A stretch of 64,000 nucleotides of DNA from Squalus acanthias. Taxonomy: Eukaryota. This document shows, piece after piece, positions 39,551 through 52,111 of the stretch. Below the pieces are notes generated by a model that had not been told where the DNA came from, searched no databases, and worked only from the letters and a program-made list of their open reading frames with translations. The position numbers and the translations under genes were made by a program. Every line of letters starts with the position of its first letter. Positions within the stretch are counted from its first letter, which is position 1. The stretch lies in assembly GCA_030390025.1 (NCBI GenBank), contig CM059432.1:89716001-89780000 (forward strand), read 5' to 3'.

Positions 39551-41020
39551 TTCATAAATAAAGGCATAGAGAACAAAAGTAAGGAAGTTATACGAAACAT
39601 TTATAATTAACTGGTTAGGCCTCAGCTGAAGTATTGTGTCCAATTCTGGGCACCACACTTTAGGAAGTATGCCGAGGTCTTGGAGAGTTTCTGATGAGAT
39701 TTACTAGAATTATACCAGAGATGAGGGAGAGACTAGAGAAGCTGGGCTTGTTCTCCTAGAGCAAAGAAGATTAAAGGGAGATTTAATAGAGATGTTCTAA
39801 ATTATGGCAGATTTTGATAGCGTAAATAAGGAGAAATTGTTTCCACTGGCAGAAGGGTCGATAACCAGAAGACACAGATTTAAAGTAATTGGCAAAAGAA
39901 CCAGCAGGGATATGAGGAGAATTTTTTATGCAGCGAGTTGTGATGATTTGGTATTCACTGCCTGAAAGGGTGGTGGAAGCAGATTCAATAGTAACTTTCA
40001 AAAGGGAATTGGATATATATTTGAAAAGGAAAATTTTGCAGGGCTATGGGGAAAGAGCAGGTGAGTGGGACTAATTGGATAGCTCTTTCAAAGAGCCAAC
40101 ACAGGCACAATGGGCTGAATGGCCTGCTTCTGTGCTGTATGATTCTATGATTCCCTATGACTTCTCGGGACCTGCCAACATGGTCCCAGGAAGCGGTGAT
40201 AAAATCCAGTGGGGCACCACGCCGCACCCCCTATTACATGTGATGGGCAGGGAAGGAGTGGCTAGCAACTGTCCCACTAGAGAGGGGGAAAATTCCAAGT
40301 AGGAATGATGAGGCAGTGGTAGGCCTCATTCTTCACCACTATCGTAGCCTATTTTGGGCAGGATCACAGAGGAGAATCCAGACCTAGATCTTAAAAGTAA
40401 GTTTTCAGTTGTCAGATCTATCTTCGGCTAGAAGAGGTCAATATCAATTGAATCTGACACTTCATACTCCAAGATTCATTTGGACAGGTGTCCATAAATC
40501 AACACATATTTGCTATATATAAAAAGATCTAAAATTAAAAATGGCATTATGTTAACAGAAGCAGATAACCTGATAGTAACATCAATTAATATGGAAAGAA
40601 AACAAATTCAAGATAATAGTGTGACATGTTGTCAACTCCAGAAGTGGCAATCAAGATGTATATTAAAAAGAAATTTCATTGAAGATTCACGGCAATATTC
40701 TTTTTGCTAATTCTTAAAATATGCTGATGTATATGCAGTGAAGCTTCCTGTAGTATCCATGTTCTCCAAATTTAATTGGTTATTCCCATTAAAGGAAGTA
40801 TTTCCAAAGAGAAATTTCTATTCACGGCTACATCATTCCATTTAAAGACAAGCCCAATATAAATTTACCTTTGTCTTCCAAAACAATGGGCAGCTAGCAT
40901 TTTCTGTAAGCAACAGTATCTTGCATTGAACACACACCAAGATTATCCATATATAATATAAAAACAGAAAATGCTGGAGACACTCAGCAGGTCAGGCAGC
41001 ATCTGTGAAGAGAGAAACAG

Positions 41021-41057
41021 AGTTAACGTTTCAGGTCGATGACCTTTCGTCAGAACT
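41021..41057 (-). ncRNA. Minimal type I hammerhead ribozyme motif in the Penelope pLTR
   Basis: AGTT-CTGACGA-A-AGGTC-atc-GACCT-GAAA-C-GTT-AACT with palindromic stem III AACGTT. Confidence 0.85.
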
Positions 41058-41353
41058 GGAAAAAAGCAGGAAATGGAACAGATTTTAAAGCAAGTTAAGG
41101 GGCTGGGAAATGGGGGAGGGGATGAAAGAACAAAAGGGAAGGTCTGTGATAGGATAAAAGGCAGGAGAGGTTAAGAGACATTAAGAGATATTCAAGGCAA
41201 AAGGAGACTTTAAGAAACAAAGGATGGCTCTAGATGAAGTGTGAATTGCGCCGGCAGAATGAAAGACAGCTGCCATGTGGGAGAGAAGTAAAAAAAGACA
41301 CAAACAAAAAGTGTGGATAAAAAATATATATGAAAATATGATAGGTGCCGAGG

Positions 41354-42529
41354 TTATGATCTGAAATTGTTGAATTCGATGTTGAGTCCAGAGGGCTGTA
41401 AAGTGCCTAATCGAAAGATGAGGTGCTGTTCCTCGAGCTTACGTTGAGCTTCAGTGGAACAATGTAAGAGGCTGAGGACGGTGAGGTCAGAGTGGGAGTG
41501 GAGCGAAGAATTAAAGTGACAAGCGACCGGAAGCTCGGGGTCCCCCTTACGGACTGAACGGAGGTGTTCCGCAAAGCAGTCACCCAATCTGCATTTGGTC
41601 TCCCCAATGTAGAGGAGACCACATCGTGAGCGGCGAATACAGTATACTAAATTGCAAGAAGTACAAGTAAATCGCTGTTTCACCTGGAAGGGGTGTTTGG
41701 GGCCCTGGACAGTGGGAAGGGGGGAGGTATAAGGGCATGTGTTGCATCTCCTGCGCTTGCACGGGAAGGTGCCGGGCGAAGGGGAAGGGGTGTTGGGGGT
41801 GATAGAGGAGTGGACTAGGGTGTCGCGGAGGGAGCGGTCCCTACGGAATGCTGAAAGGGGAGGTGAGGGGAAGATGCGTTTGGTGGTGGGATCACGCTGG
41901 ATGTGGCGGAAATGGCGGAGGATGATCCGTTGAATGTGGAGGCTGGTGGGATGAAAGGTGAGGACAAGGGGAACTCTATCATGGTTCCGGGAGGGAGGGG
42001 CAGGGATGAGGGCAGAAGTGCGGGAGATAGAACGGACACGGTCGAGGGCCATGTCAACCACAGTAGAGGGGAATCCTTGGTTGAGGAAAAAGGAAGACAT
42101 GTCGGAAGCACTGGTATGGAAGGTGGCATCGTCAGAGCAGATGCGGCAGAGACGGAGAAACTGGGAGAATGAAATAGAGTCCTTACAGGAGGCGGGGTGG
42201 GAGGAAGTGTAGTCCAGGTAGCTGTGGGAGTCAGTGGGCTTGTAGTGAATATTTGTCAATAACCTATCCCCAGAGATGGAGACGGAGAAGTCGAGGAAGG
42301 GAAGGGAAGAGTCGGAGATGGACCATGTGAAGGTGAGGGAAGGGTGGAAATTGGAAGCAAAGTGAATGAAATTATCTAGTTCAGGGCGAGAGCAGGAAAC
42401 GGCACCAATACAATCATCAATGTACCAGAAAAAGAGGTGAGGGAGGGGACCCGAGTAGGACTGGAACAAAGAGTGTTCCACATATCCCACGAAAAGGCAG
42501 GCATAGCTAGGACCCATGCGGGTTCCCAT
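41354..42529 (-). CDS. Penelope RT C-terminal half plus GIY-YIG endonuclease (N-terminally truncated, 391 aa open)
   Basis: MGTRMGPSYA, YIDD, FLD, YKPTDSHSYL, CNTC, LVYCI..LYIGET and FAEH motifs. Confidence 0.9.
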   Translation of the reverse strand: MGTRMGPSYACLFVGYVEHSLFQSYSGPLPHLFFWYIDDCIGAVSCSRPELDNFIHFASNFHPSLTFTWSISDSSLPFLDFSVSISGDRLLTNIHYKPTDSHSYLDYTSSHPASCKDSISFSQFLRLCRICSDDATFHTSASDMSSFFLNQGFPSTVVDMALDRVRSISRTSALIPAPPSRNHDRVPLVLTFHPTSLHIQRIILRHFRHIQRDPTTKRIFPSPPLSAFRRDRSLRDTLVHSSITPNTPSPSPGTFPCKRRRCNTCPYTSPLPTVQGPKHPFQVKQRFTCTSCNLVYCIRRSRCGLLYIGETKCRLGDCFAEHLRSVRKGDPELPVACHFNSSLHSHSDLTVLSLLHCSTEAQRKLEEQHLIFRLGTLQPSGLNIEFNNFRS

Positions 42530-44570
42530 AGCAACACCTTTGATTTGGAGGAAATGAGTGGATTATCCATATGTTTAGTACCATTTTAAATAATCTAGAA
42601 TCAATTTGGGCTGTTCTCTCAAAATATATATACATATATATATATATTACATGTGTTGCCTGAGAAGTAAGGGTGTAACATTTCTAAATTGGTACCTTTT
42701 TCATTGTCCCTGCAAAAATCAATGTACTAGGGAATGTGCTTTCTTAATTTCTCAGATGACCACACAGGCATCTTCCCATCTCCTCCAAGCACTCTCCTGT
42801 CTAATTCCTTCTTGTTGCTTTCCTTCTGTATCTATTTCACTGAACTGCTTTTAACACTTTTCATCAAAATTTATGTTCAGATTTTCCTTGTCCTGACTGC
42901 TCTTCTCAGCCCCCAAAACAAATCATGGCAAAAATAAGAGGAACAGTATCAATATATGCCATAATTTTGTTGCTTTTTTAACTGATTTTATGGCTGACTG
43001 AAAATTAGTCAGCAATGGAATGTGAATTTTAATGGGTGGTCTTTTACATGACTTGTTTTTTTCTAACGTACCCAGGGGAAGCTATCTATGGGTACAATTT
43101 GTATCAAAACAATCCAATCTGTAGCTCTTCCTGTTGCCAGTTTCACATTGCTTTCCATCTAACCCAGATGTCACTTTTCCTAGACCTAATCACGCTGGCC
43201 CTGAAATCCACAGGGATTCCACTAATGTCCCATCAGAACTCCAGCTAGTCACCAGTGGAACCCACCAGAAAACAGAAGGGACCCGCTTGTGCTAGGAGTC
43301 CACTGTTTCCATGAGTTTCTGACATGCCTCATAACAGGTGGAACTGCACCCCCCCACCCCACTACTTATAAGGCAAATGTCATGGAGGGGGTGGGGGCGG
43401 CAGAGACTCTCTACAGCAAGTATTGCCACATCTCCGGCTCAATTAGGGCCCAGTGTATCTCTGGAGGCCAGTACACTGAGTGAGATGAAGCATACTGACC
43501 TCCTCTGGGGAGGTCCAGGTCAGCAAGGACAGCATAGTCCCTAGAAGAAAGCGCAGAATTTTTTTCAGCCCCCTTACAAAGTGGGGCAAGAAGACATGAC
43601 TGGGGTCTGAAGGAGGAGCATAACAATCTGCTCCCCTCCAAGCGGCATGGTTGGCACCCGATTTTATAATTGCACGTGGCATGCAGGCACCAAAGACAAG
43701 CCCATAGTGGTGCTTGCGCACGCCTGTTGCATGCAAGTTATGTGCCCCCCTTCTGACCTCTGTCAGGTCAGCGCTGGAGAGTAGTTGGTGTGATCCCAGT
43801 ATAACTGCTGGGATCATGTTCCAAGGATTACTTGGATCACTATCTTTCTCCATAGCATCCTCTCTGTCCTTCTGCATCAGCTTACTTCCTCTTACAGCAT
43901 ATAGACTGATCGACTTCAAGCTAAAACCTTACTGCCAACCTGATCATACAACTCTCCTGATTCTACCTATTGCACCCTTCAATTATAGTTCAGCCTTCAA
44001 TTATACCATTTTCCAATATAAATATATCACAATAGGGTCACCTCAGAGAGTTTAAAGATTTGGATCAATTATCCAATTAAGTGCAACATCATATGACATT
44101 GCAACCAAATTGACAACCTTCCTCAAATATAAAAAGTCCCCCCTTATTTCTGATCTTCTCAAAATGCTGGAGATCAAATCCCATAATTAAATCTTTCACA
44201 AAGTAATAGTGAATATGTGCTCCTTTAAGATTTCACATCAGCGTTCTCAGGATCTTTTTGAGCAATACACACAGTTTTATGAGAATATGATTTTTTTTCT
44301 CAGTTCAGTTTAAATTTAATTTCAAATATGTGGTTATTTAGGACACCGTACAAGTGCAGGGCAATATGTGGAACAAGGTTTCTCCCTTTACTTTGGTTCC
44401 TCATCCTAGAGAAATAATTCACTTCAAAAACATTAATCCTTGTGCTCTCATGTGCGTTCTAATTTTCATAAGATTTTCTTTCACAGATTTTTTTTCATTG
44501 TTTACGGGGCTATTGGGGGATTGTCAGTCATTTTATGTGAAAATTGCCATTGTGAAGTAAATAGCTGTCC

Positions 44571-46877
44571 AGGCCTGCGGCAGGAGGTGAGAGAACCAAC
44601 AAGAGGGAAAAATCTACTTGACCTCGTCCTCATCAATCTACCTATCACAGATGCATCTGTCCATGACAGCATTGGTAGTAATGACCACCGCACAGTCCTT
44701 GTGGAGACGAAGTCCCGTCTTCAACTGAGGACACCCTCCATCGTGTTGTGTGGCACTACCACCGTGCTAAATGGGATAGATTCAGAACTCAAAACTGGGC
44801 ATCCATGAAGCGCTGTGGGCCATCAGAATTGTATTCCACCACAATCTGTAACCTCATATCCCTCACTCTACCATTACCATCAAGCCAGGGGACCAACCCT
44901 GGTTCAATGAGGAGTGCAGAAGAGCATGCCAGGAGCAGCACCAGCGTAACTAAAAAATGAGGTGCCAACCTGGGAAAGCTGCAACACAGGACTACATACA
45001 TGCTAAACAGCAGAAGAAGCATGCTATAGACAGGGCTAAGCGATCCCACAATCAACGGATCAGATCAAAGCTCCGCAGTCCTGCTACATCCAGTCATGGA
45101 TGGTGGTGGACAATTAAACAACTAATGGGAGGAGGAGGCTTCATGAATATCCCCATCCTCAATGATGGTGGAGCCCAGCACGTGAGTGCAAAAGACAAGG
45201 GTGAAGTGTTTGTACCCATCTTCAGCCAGAAGTGCTGAGTGGATGATCCATATCGGCCTCCTCCTGAGGTCCCCACCATCACAGAAGCCAGTCTTCAGCC
45301 AAATCGATTCACTCCATGTGATATCAAGAAACGGCTGAGCGCACTGGATACAGCAAAGGCTATGGGCCCCGAAAACATCCTGGTTGTCGTGCTGAAGACT
45401 TGTGCTCCAGAACTAGCCGTGCCTCTAGCCAAGCTGTTCCAGTACAGCTACAACACAGGCATCTACCGGACAATGTGGAAAACTGCCCAGGTATGTCCTG
45501 TCCACAAAAAGCAGCACAAATCCAGTCTGGCCAATTACGGCCCCATCAGTCTACTCTCAATCATCAGCAAAGTGATGGAAGGTGTCATCGACAGTGCTAT
45601 CAAGCGGCACTTAATCACCAATAATCTGCATACCGATGCTCAGTTTGGATTCCGCCAGGACTGCTCAGCTCCAGACCTCATTACAGCCTTGGTCCAAATA
45701 TGGACAAAAGAGCTGAATTCCAGAGGTGAGGTGAGAGTGACTGCCCTTGACATCAAGCCAGCATTTGACCAAGTGTGGCATCAAGGAGCCCAAGTAAAAT
45801 TGAAGTCAATGGGAATCGGGGGAAAACTCTCCATTGGCTGGAGTCATACCAAGCACAAAGGAAGATGGTTGTGGTTGTTGGAGGTCAATCATCTCAGCCT
45901 CAGGACATCGCTGCAGGAGTTCCTCAGGGCAGAGTCCTAGGCCCAACCATCTTCAGCTGCTTCATCAATGACCTTCCCTCCATCATAAGGTCAGAAGTGG
46001 GGATGTTCGCTGATGATTGCACAGTGTTTAGTTCCTTTCATAACTCCTCAGATAATGAAGCAGTCCATGCCCACATGCAGCAAGACCTGGATGACATTCA
46101 GGCTTGGCCTGATAAGTGGCAAGTAACATTCGCGCCACACAAGTGCCAGGCAATGACTATCTCCAACAAGAGAGTGTCTATCCACCGCCCCTTGACATTC
46201 AACGGCATTACCATTGCCGAATCCCCCACCATCAATATCCTGGGGGTAACCATTAACCAGAAACTTAACTGGATCAGCCACATCAATACTGTAGCAACAA
46301 GAGCAGATCAGAGGCTGGGTATTCTGCAGCGAGTGTCTCACCTCCTTACTCCCCAAAGCCTTTCTACAAGGCACAAGTAAGAAGTGTGATGGAATACTCT
46401 CCACTTGCCTGGATTAGTGCAGCTCCAACAAAACTCAAGAAGCTCGACACCATCCAAGACAAAGCAGCCCACTTGATTGGCACCTCATCCACCACCTTAA
46501 ACATTCACTCCCTCCACCATCGGCACACCATGGCTGCAGTGTGTATCATCTACAAGATACTCTGCAGCAACTCGCCAAGGCTTCTTCGACAGCAACTCCC
46601 AAACCCGTGACCTCCACCACCTCAAAGGACAAGGGCAGCAGGTGCATGGGAACACCATCACCTCCAAGTTCCCCTCCAAGTCACACACTATCCTGACTTG
46701 GAAATATATCACGGTTCCTTCATTGTGGCTGGGTCAAAATCCTGGAACTCCCTCCAACACATAGACTGCAACGGTTCAAGGAGGCGGTTCACCACCACCT
46801 TCTTAAGGGCAATTAGGATGGGCAATAACTGCTGACCTTGCTGGCGGCGCCCACATCCCATGAACGAATAAAAAAAA
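44571..46877 (+). mobile_element. LINE family B, 5'-truncated within the APE domain
   Basis: LDLVLIN and SNDHRTV motifs, full RT region and family B tail. Confidence 0.93.
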
Positions 46878-47419
46878 GGCATTAAGGTTACATTGGGTGA
46901 TAGCAACGATATTTCATACATTCTGATATAAGTTTACCGCAGTGCTGTTTTACATTTGTGGGTTGAAACAGTAACGGAGCCAAATATTCAGGGGAATGGA
47001 TGAAGGATAATTCAATTGTTTAAAGCAAGCAGCTTGTTTTGAATTTTAAAATTATATATTTAATTATTTCTGTAAATCACATTGGCACCAGGATTTTAAA
47101 AACGCTAATAAAATAAATGTTGTCGCCTGATGGGAGAGAACTTGGAATTTGTACCATCAGCTCTAACAATAGAGCTATAATAGGAAAAGGTGAGGGGTGG
47201 GCATACATGAGAAAGATAATGTGGTGAAAACCTTACTGTAAGTAAGGGGTGTATAGGCTTTTCATGGATATCTAAGCCTATAAGAATAGCACTGTATACA
47301 AAGATTCAGACATTCTGGGAAGGTATAGTTTGAGATACTTGCAAAGCTGGAAGCTGACGTAAAGGAACATCAGTACTCTAAACTGCTCTGCCTGTGGCTG
47401 TCAAAGTGAGAGCAGCCAT

Positions 47420-47660
47420 TAATTTTCTGGCTACTTGGTTCTTTCAGGCACCAGTAGGTGATTTATTTTCTTGTATACAAGATAAGGCACTATGTCCACC
47501 TGCATTCAAGAGGTGACTGATGCACTGTTCTAGAAGGCTCACAGGTCCATCCATTTCACAAAAATGGAAGAGAAACAGTTAGAGTATCATGCAAAGTGTT
47601 AGATTTTTTGTAGTTTACCGCACTCTACATAACTTAATCATTCAGAGGAACATCCACCTA
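47420..47660 (+). pseudogene. Ancient Harbinger transposase remnant
   Basis: Fragments FLATWFFQAPVGDL, STCIQEVTDALF and FFVVYRTLHNL parallel the transposase at 61440-62465. Confidence 0.5.
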
Positions 47661-50051
47661 GACATTAATGAAGAACGGTCCTATGACATGCCTATGGATG
47701 AAGAAGGATGTCAACAGCCTGCACCAGTAGAAGGTGAGCCAGCGCTGCACAAGAAATTTGTTAAACCAAATGTGCACTCATTTTAATTGAGGGAATCACA
47801 TGTGCCAATATGATTGCCATCATCCACTGTTCAGTATTGTGCCTGCTTCATGTTATTCAAATTTACTCACTAATCAATCCCTGCTCGAAAGGTATAGGTG
47901 ACCTTACTGTTTCTGCCTGAATTCCACAAAAACTTATCCCTATTTATTCCTTGTAAGGACAAATACACTGGAAATTCAAAAATATTCATCAGTGAATGGC
48001 TTTATGGATATTATGTGATACAAAATGATTTATTTTATAGGAACATTTTTGTGCCCACTCTATTTTGTTATTTTACCATGTGGCACGTGTACATTACTCA
48101 CTGTACATTAGGTGCTTGTTTTCTTTATCCTTTGTGATGCGCTGTGATAGCAGTTCCACTAAAGGAACTGTATTGATGCAATTTGGGATGTGAGAGTGTT
48201 GTGAGGTATCAGCATGAGAATACCTCAAACCATTGTAGAGAGCTCAATGTCTTGGAGTGGGCTTAAGTGGATTTGTTACCTGGACTGTCCAACACTATGG
48301 TTAAATCACTGACTTGAGACCAACATCCTGGGTTTTGTATCCCAAGCACTGGTCTAAGATGTTTTGGAGCTACTCCAGCTAATTATCAGTCTGCCAAACC
48401 TTCCCTCACAATTTACTGCATTGTCGTCAAGATCTTCAAGCCCTGATTATAGACCTGATTGGATAATTGACTTCATGTCAGACATACCCACAGTCGGAGC
48501 ACTTTGTATTGATGCTATTACCTCTTACCCCTGAATCACGGATATTTCTAACAGTCACAATGTTAAATATTCTTTCCCTTATAGTGTTCTACAGTACAGC
48601 CGTGCACAGCATATATGTCAGAAAGAAAGTTGTTCATGCTTCCTAATGGCTAAGGTTAAGTTCTCTACTGCAATTTCAGGCTAACACCCATTGTAACAGG
48701 CACTCACAGTGACGATGCTGCAGTCAGAAGTTGGAATTCTCCAGCAGTCCAAACTGAAAGTAAAACTTTTAGTGGGAGTATTTTTTGCTGGTATCTAACT
48801 TGTTATGGCATGTTTGTAGCATTATTTGTTTCACTGGTACTGTCTTCCGCTGGTCTCTACTTAAATGCTCCAATCAATGTCTGCAAAACTGGAATTAAAA
48901 TAACGGGAATACAACAACAGGTGTACTGATACAGAAGGCAAAGGGTTGATACCAGTATGTACAAAGAAAGTGGGGGCACCCAGTCTTTAAGGTACAATGC
49001 TTTTAATGTGAAGAATAATCTTGTGTTGAACTTTAAGTATTGTGTCGTCCATCTTATAGGTATTTCTTTCGTCCTAACTCTATGTGCAGGTTTTTCCTTT
49101 AAAAGAGCAATAGGGATTAAAACCCATGGTATTTCTCCTTCTCTTTATGATATGTGTAATATTTTAGAAGGAAATAGTTCAATAAAATTCCAAAAAGCCT
49201 GTAATGCTGACAAGGTACTGGATATAGTGGCAAGCTCTGTTCTGGAGATGTGTCAATGCTGCTATTTCCCTTCTAATATCTTACATGCTACATTCTTCCT
49301 AACATTTCTCTGTTTCAGTACAGTATTTTTTGCATGTACTCTTAACAACTATTACTTTCCTACGTGTTCATATATAGTGGGAGTACTTTTCAACTTCAGT
49401 GCCTGGACATTAATCTGGCAGAGCCTTTCTGCAACCCACCAGATTTTCATCCTATTGAATTCATACTTTCCCACTAAAAATCTGCTCAAATTTCTTTGTG
49501 AGTTTTTCCAGTTGTCATTGAGCCATATCTCTCCAAAATTGCACAACTCACAACTGGATTCCAAACTTTCTTACATTTATATCAATTAAATGACTCATTG
49601 GCTGCTTGAGAGCATTAAAAGATCATTATTACAGGTGTGTTGTGATTGACTGCTATTGTTTCATTCTCACAACTGAAATTGCGTTCTCAGCAATCACAAG
49701 TATTAAAACTGTGCGTTCCCACAATTTTGTTAGTGGGTTGTAAATTACAATGGTGAAATGCCAGTTTTCCATTATTTTTTAAATGAAGGAAAAATTGGCT
49801 CCAGATGGTCCAAAAGAAGGGTGCAGATAGTGTATCACAGTATCTTCATAACAATATCAGCAATAAAACTAGTATCGGTGTGACTTTTATGATTGAATTT
49901 ATTGTTGCAGTCATCTTCCAGACACCTTTTGCGGAAATAATAAAAGTAATTATAAATCAGGAGGTGTATCAATCTTCTTAGAGATGAAAAATTAGAGAGT
50001 AAGTGTTAGCATAGAGCAGATGCCGCCTTGCCATACTGTGGCAACACTAGT

Positions 50052-50505
50052 AAAGAAAGAACCTGCATTTATATAGTGCCTTACACATCCTCAGGATGCC
50101 CAAAGCGCTTTACACCCAATGAAGTACTTTTCAATTGTAGTCACTGTTGTAATGTAGCCAAACGCAGCAACAATTTTGCACACAGCAAGGTCCCACAAAC
50201 AGCAATGAGAAAAATTACCAGATAATCTGTTTCAATGGTGTTGGTTGAGGGATATATGCTGACCAGGACAATTCCCCAGCTCTTCTTTGAAAAGTGCAAT
50301 GGTATCTTTTAGATCAACCTAAGAGGGCAGACATGCTTCCACTTAATGTCTCACCTGAAAGGCAACACCTCTGACACTGCAACATTCCTTTAGTTCTGCA
50401 CTAAAATGCCAGCCTAGATTTAATTCTCAAGTCTCTAGATTCTGGCTTGAACCCATAACCTTCTGGCTTAGAGACAAAAGCATTCCCACTGAACCAAGCC
50501 TGACA
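50052..50505 (-). mobile_element. SacSINE1-like Deu-SINE, older copy with tRNA-like head
   Basis: Collinear with 30268-30648. B-box-like GGGTTCAAGCC on - at ~50445. Confidence 0.75.
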
Positions 50506-51849
50506 CTCTCATGGCAGAATAAATAGTGCTAGTTCCTGAAAGAGTTATAGGGTCTGAAGTAAATGAAGATGCTCGGCCCCCAATATCAGAGCATCACTCT
50601 TTATTATTTTTTCAATTATGCTGTTTCTCTACTGTAGGTCATTTCAAGATCTTCCTTGGTAAATAAATGATATTTTCAATGTATACGGCTAGTATGTATT
50701 GCTTGGCTTCACAAGGGTTTGGTTCATGCAGAATGGTGGAGCGTTTTGTGGAGGTATTGCCATATTGGAAATTGGGCCACACATGCTCAGTCTTAACACA
50801 TGTGAGAGATGCCATTTCTTTTCTTTCCCAGATAAGTATGGGCGCTTTTAATATAATGGGGTCAGCGAGCCCCAAAACACTGGTCTGACCATTGCTTAGC
50901 TGTTAATGCATCCTTACACGAGTCAAGTTAAATATGTACAAGTGACAAGGATTATGGGAGTAGCAGTGAAAGCTGATTGTAACAAGTGGAAAAGGGTTGT
51001 TCAGCAGGAATGATTTTAGATAAAATCCAACAGTATGTGGACTTCATACCACTTTGGAATGCCTGAAAGCCCTGTTCAAGTCAAGAATAAAACTCGTTCT
51101 TTGTGTAAGTTTAGTGGCTTTTCAATATCGCATTCCTAAACATTTTGGAGCTAAAAAATTATTAACCTTCCAAAGCATCCCCACCTTAATTTCAGTGTAA
51201 GTGTGGCTGATGGACAGCAAATTCCATTGGAAGTTTACAAATGGCCTCGTAAGGGGAAAAGCCTTCACTCACCCCAAATAAAACCATTGATGTAGGAGGG
51301 GGAAAGACCAGGGAGGAGTCTCCCAAACTGGGAGTTCCCACATCCCCAACATAGCATTGATTCAGTGATTCAGTGAACCACGACACTAAGTGCAACAAAA
51401 TGCAGAAATGAAGTCTACCTGGTGATATTGATCTGGATTGTGGCCTGGACCCCTGAAGATTTTGGCAAAAGGGTGTTTTTTTTGGCCCTCTTAAAAAGGG
51501 GGCTGAGGAAGCAGTTCCTACAGTTGTTCACCTTCTCCCCACAGCCAGATTTTCTGGCCCAAGGGGAATGACAGATGCCTGAGCAGCACTCCTAGTAGAA
51601 CAGGTGCCCACTTGGTATAATAACATAACAGGACCTCCTCTGAGCCTGTGGCCTTATGCTGGGATGCTGAGACTTCAGATTTTCAGCCCTGCTATCTTTG
51701 GATCATGTCCAGCAGTGTCACAGCATGTTTTATCATGGGGACAACCTCTGTGTTAAATATGATCTGAGTGCTTTCTGAGTTTTCTGATGATGCCAAAATG
51801 GGGGCTTGAAGTAGGAGGGGATTGTAAATAACATGGAACAAGAGGTTCA

Positions 51850-51986
51850 TATAATATATGTGGGTAGAACAAATGAAGGACAGAGACACGATGAGTTGCC
51901 AGTCCACGTGCTTGCTTTATTAGGCCAGAGCGAACTGAGCATGCTCATACTAAACCATGTGACAAACCATGTGATAATACATTACA
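51850..51986 (-). repeat. 3' LTR (polypurine tract at 51987-52000)
   Basis: Matches 56731-56855 with about seven substitutions and a 12-bp tandem indel. AAAGGGGAAAGCAG precedes it on -. Confidence 0.92.
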
Positions 51987-52111
51987 CTGCTTTCCCCTTT
52001 AAAAAAAATGTACATGTTCCCCTCTCAAATACAACAAAACTATGGTCCCACCTTTCCCAGCATTACATGAACCACATAACAAAAACACTTGGTTTTTGTC
52101 TTTCAAATGAA

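Larger units (their letters stand above)
38800..40153 (+). mobile_element. CR1 subfamily C, older 5'-truncated copy
   Basis: FDKMPHKR and YINDLD..SKFAED motifs. Tail ends GATTCTATGATTC. Confidence 0.88.
40953..42560 (-). mobile_element. Penelope-like element family P1, 5'-truncated
   Basis: RT + GIY-YIG ORF and 3' pLTR. TSD GATTATCCATAT (40941-40952, 42561-42572). Confidence 0.93.

Noticed and set aside
48957..49589. 210-aa ORF as a host gene
   Set aside because: No recognisable motif. Composition looks like an incidental frame in T-rich decayed sequence.
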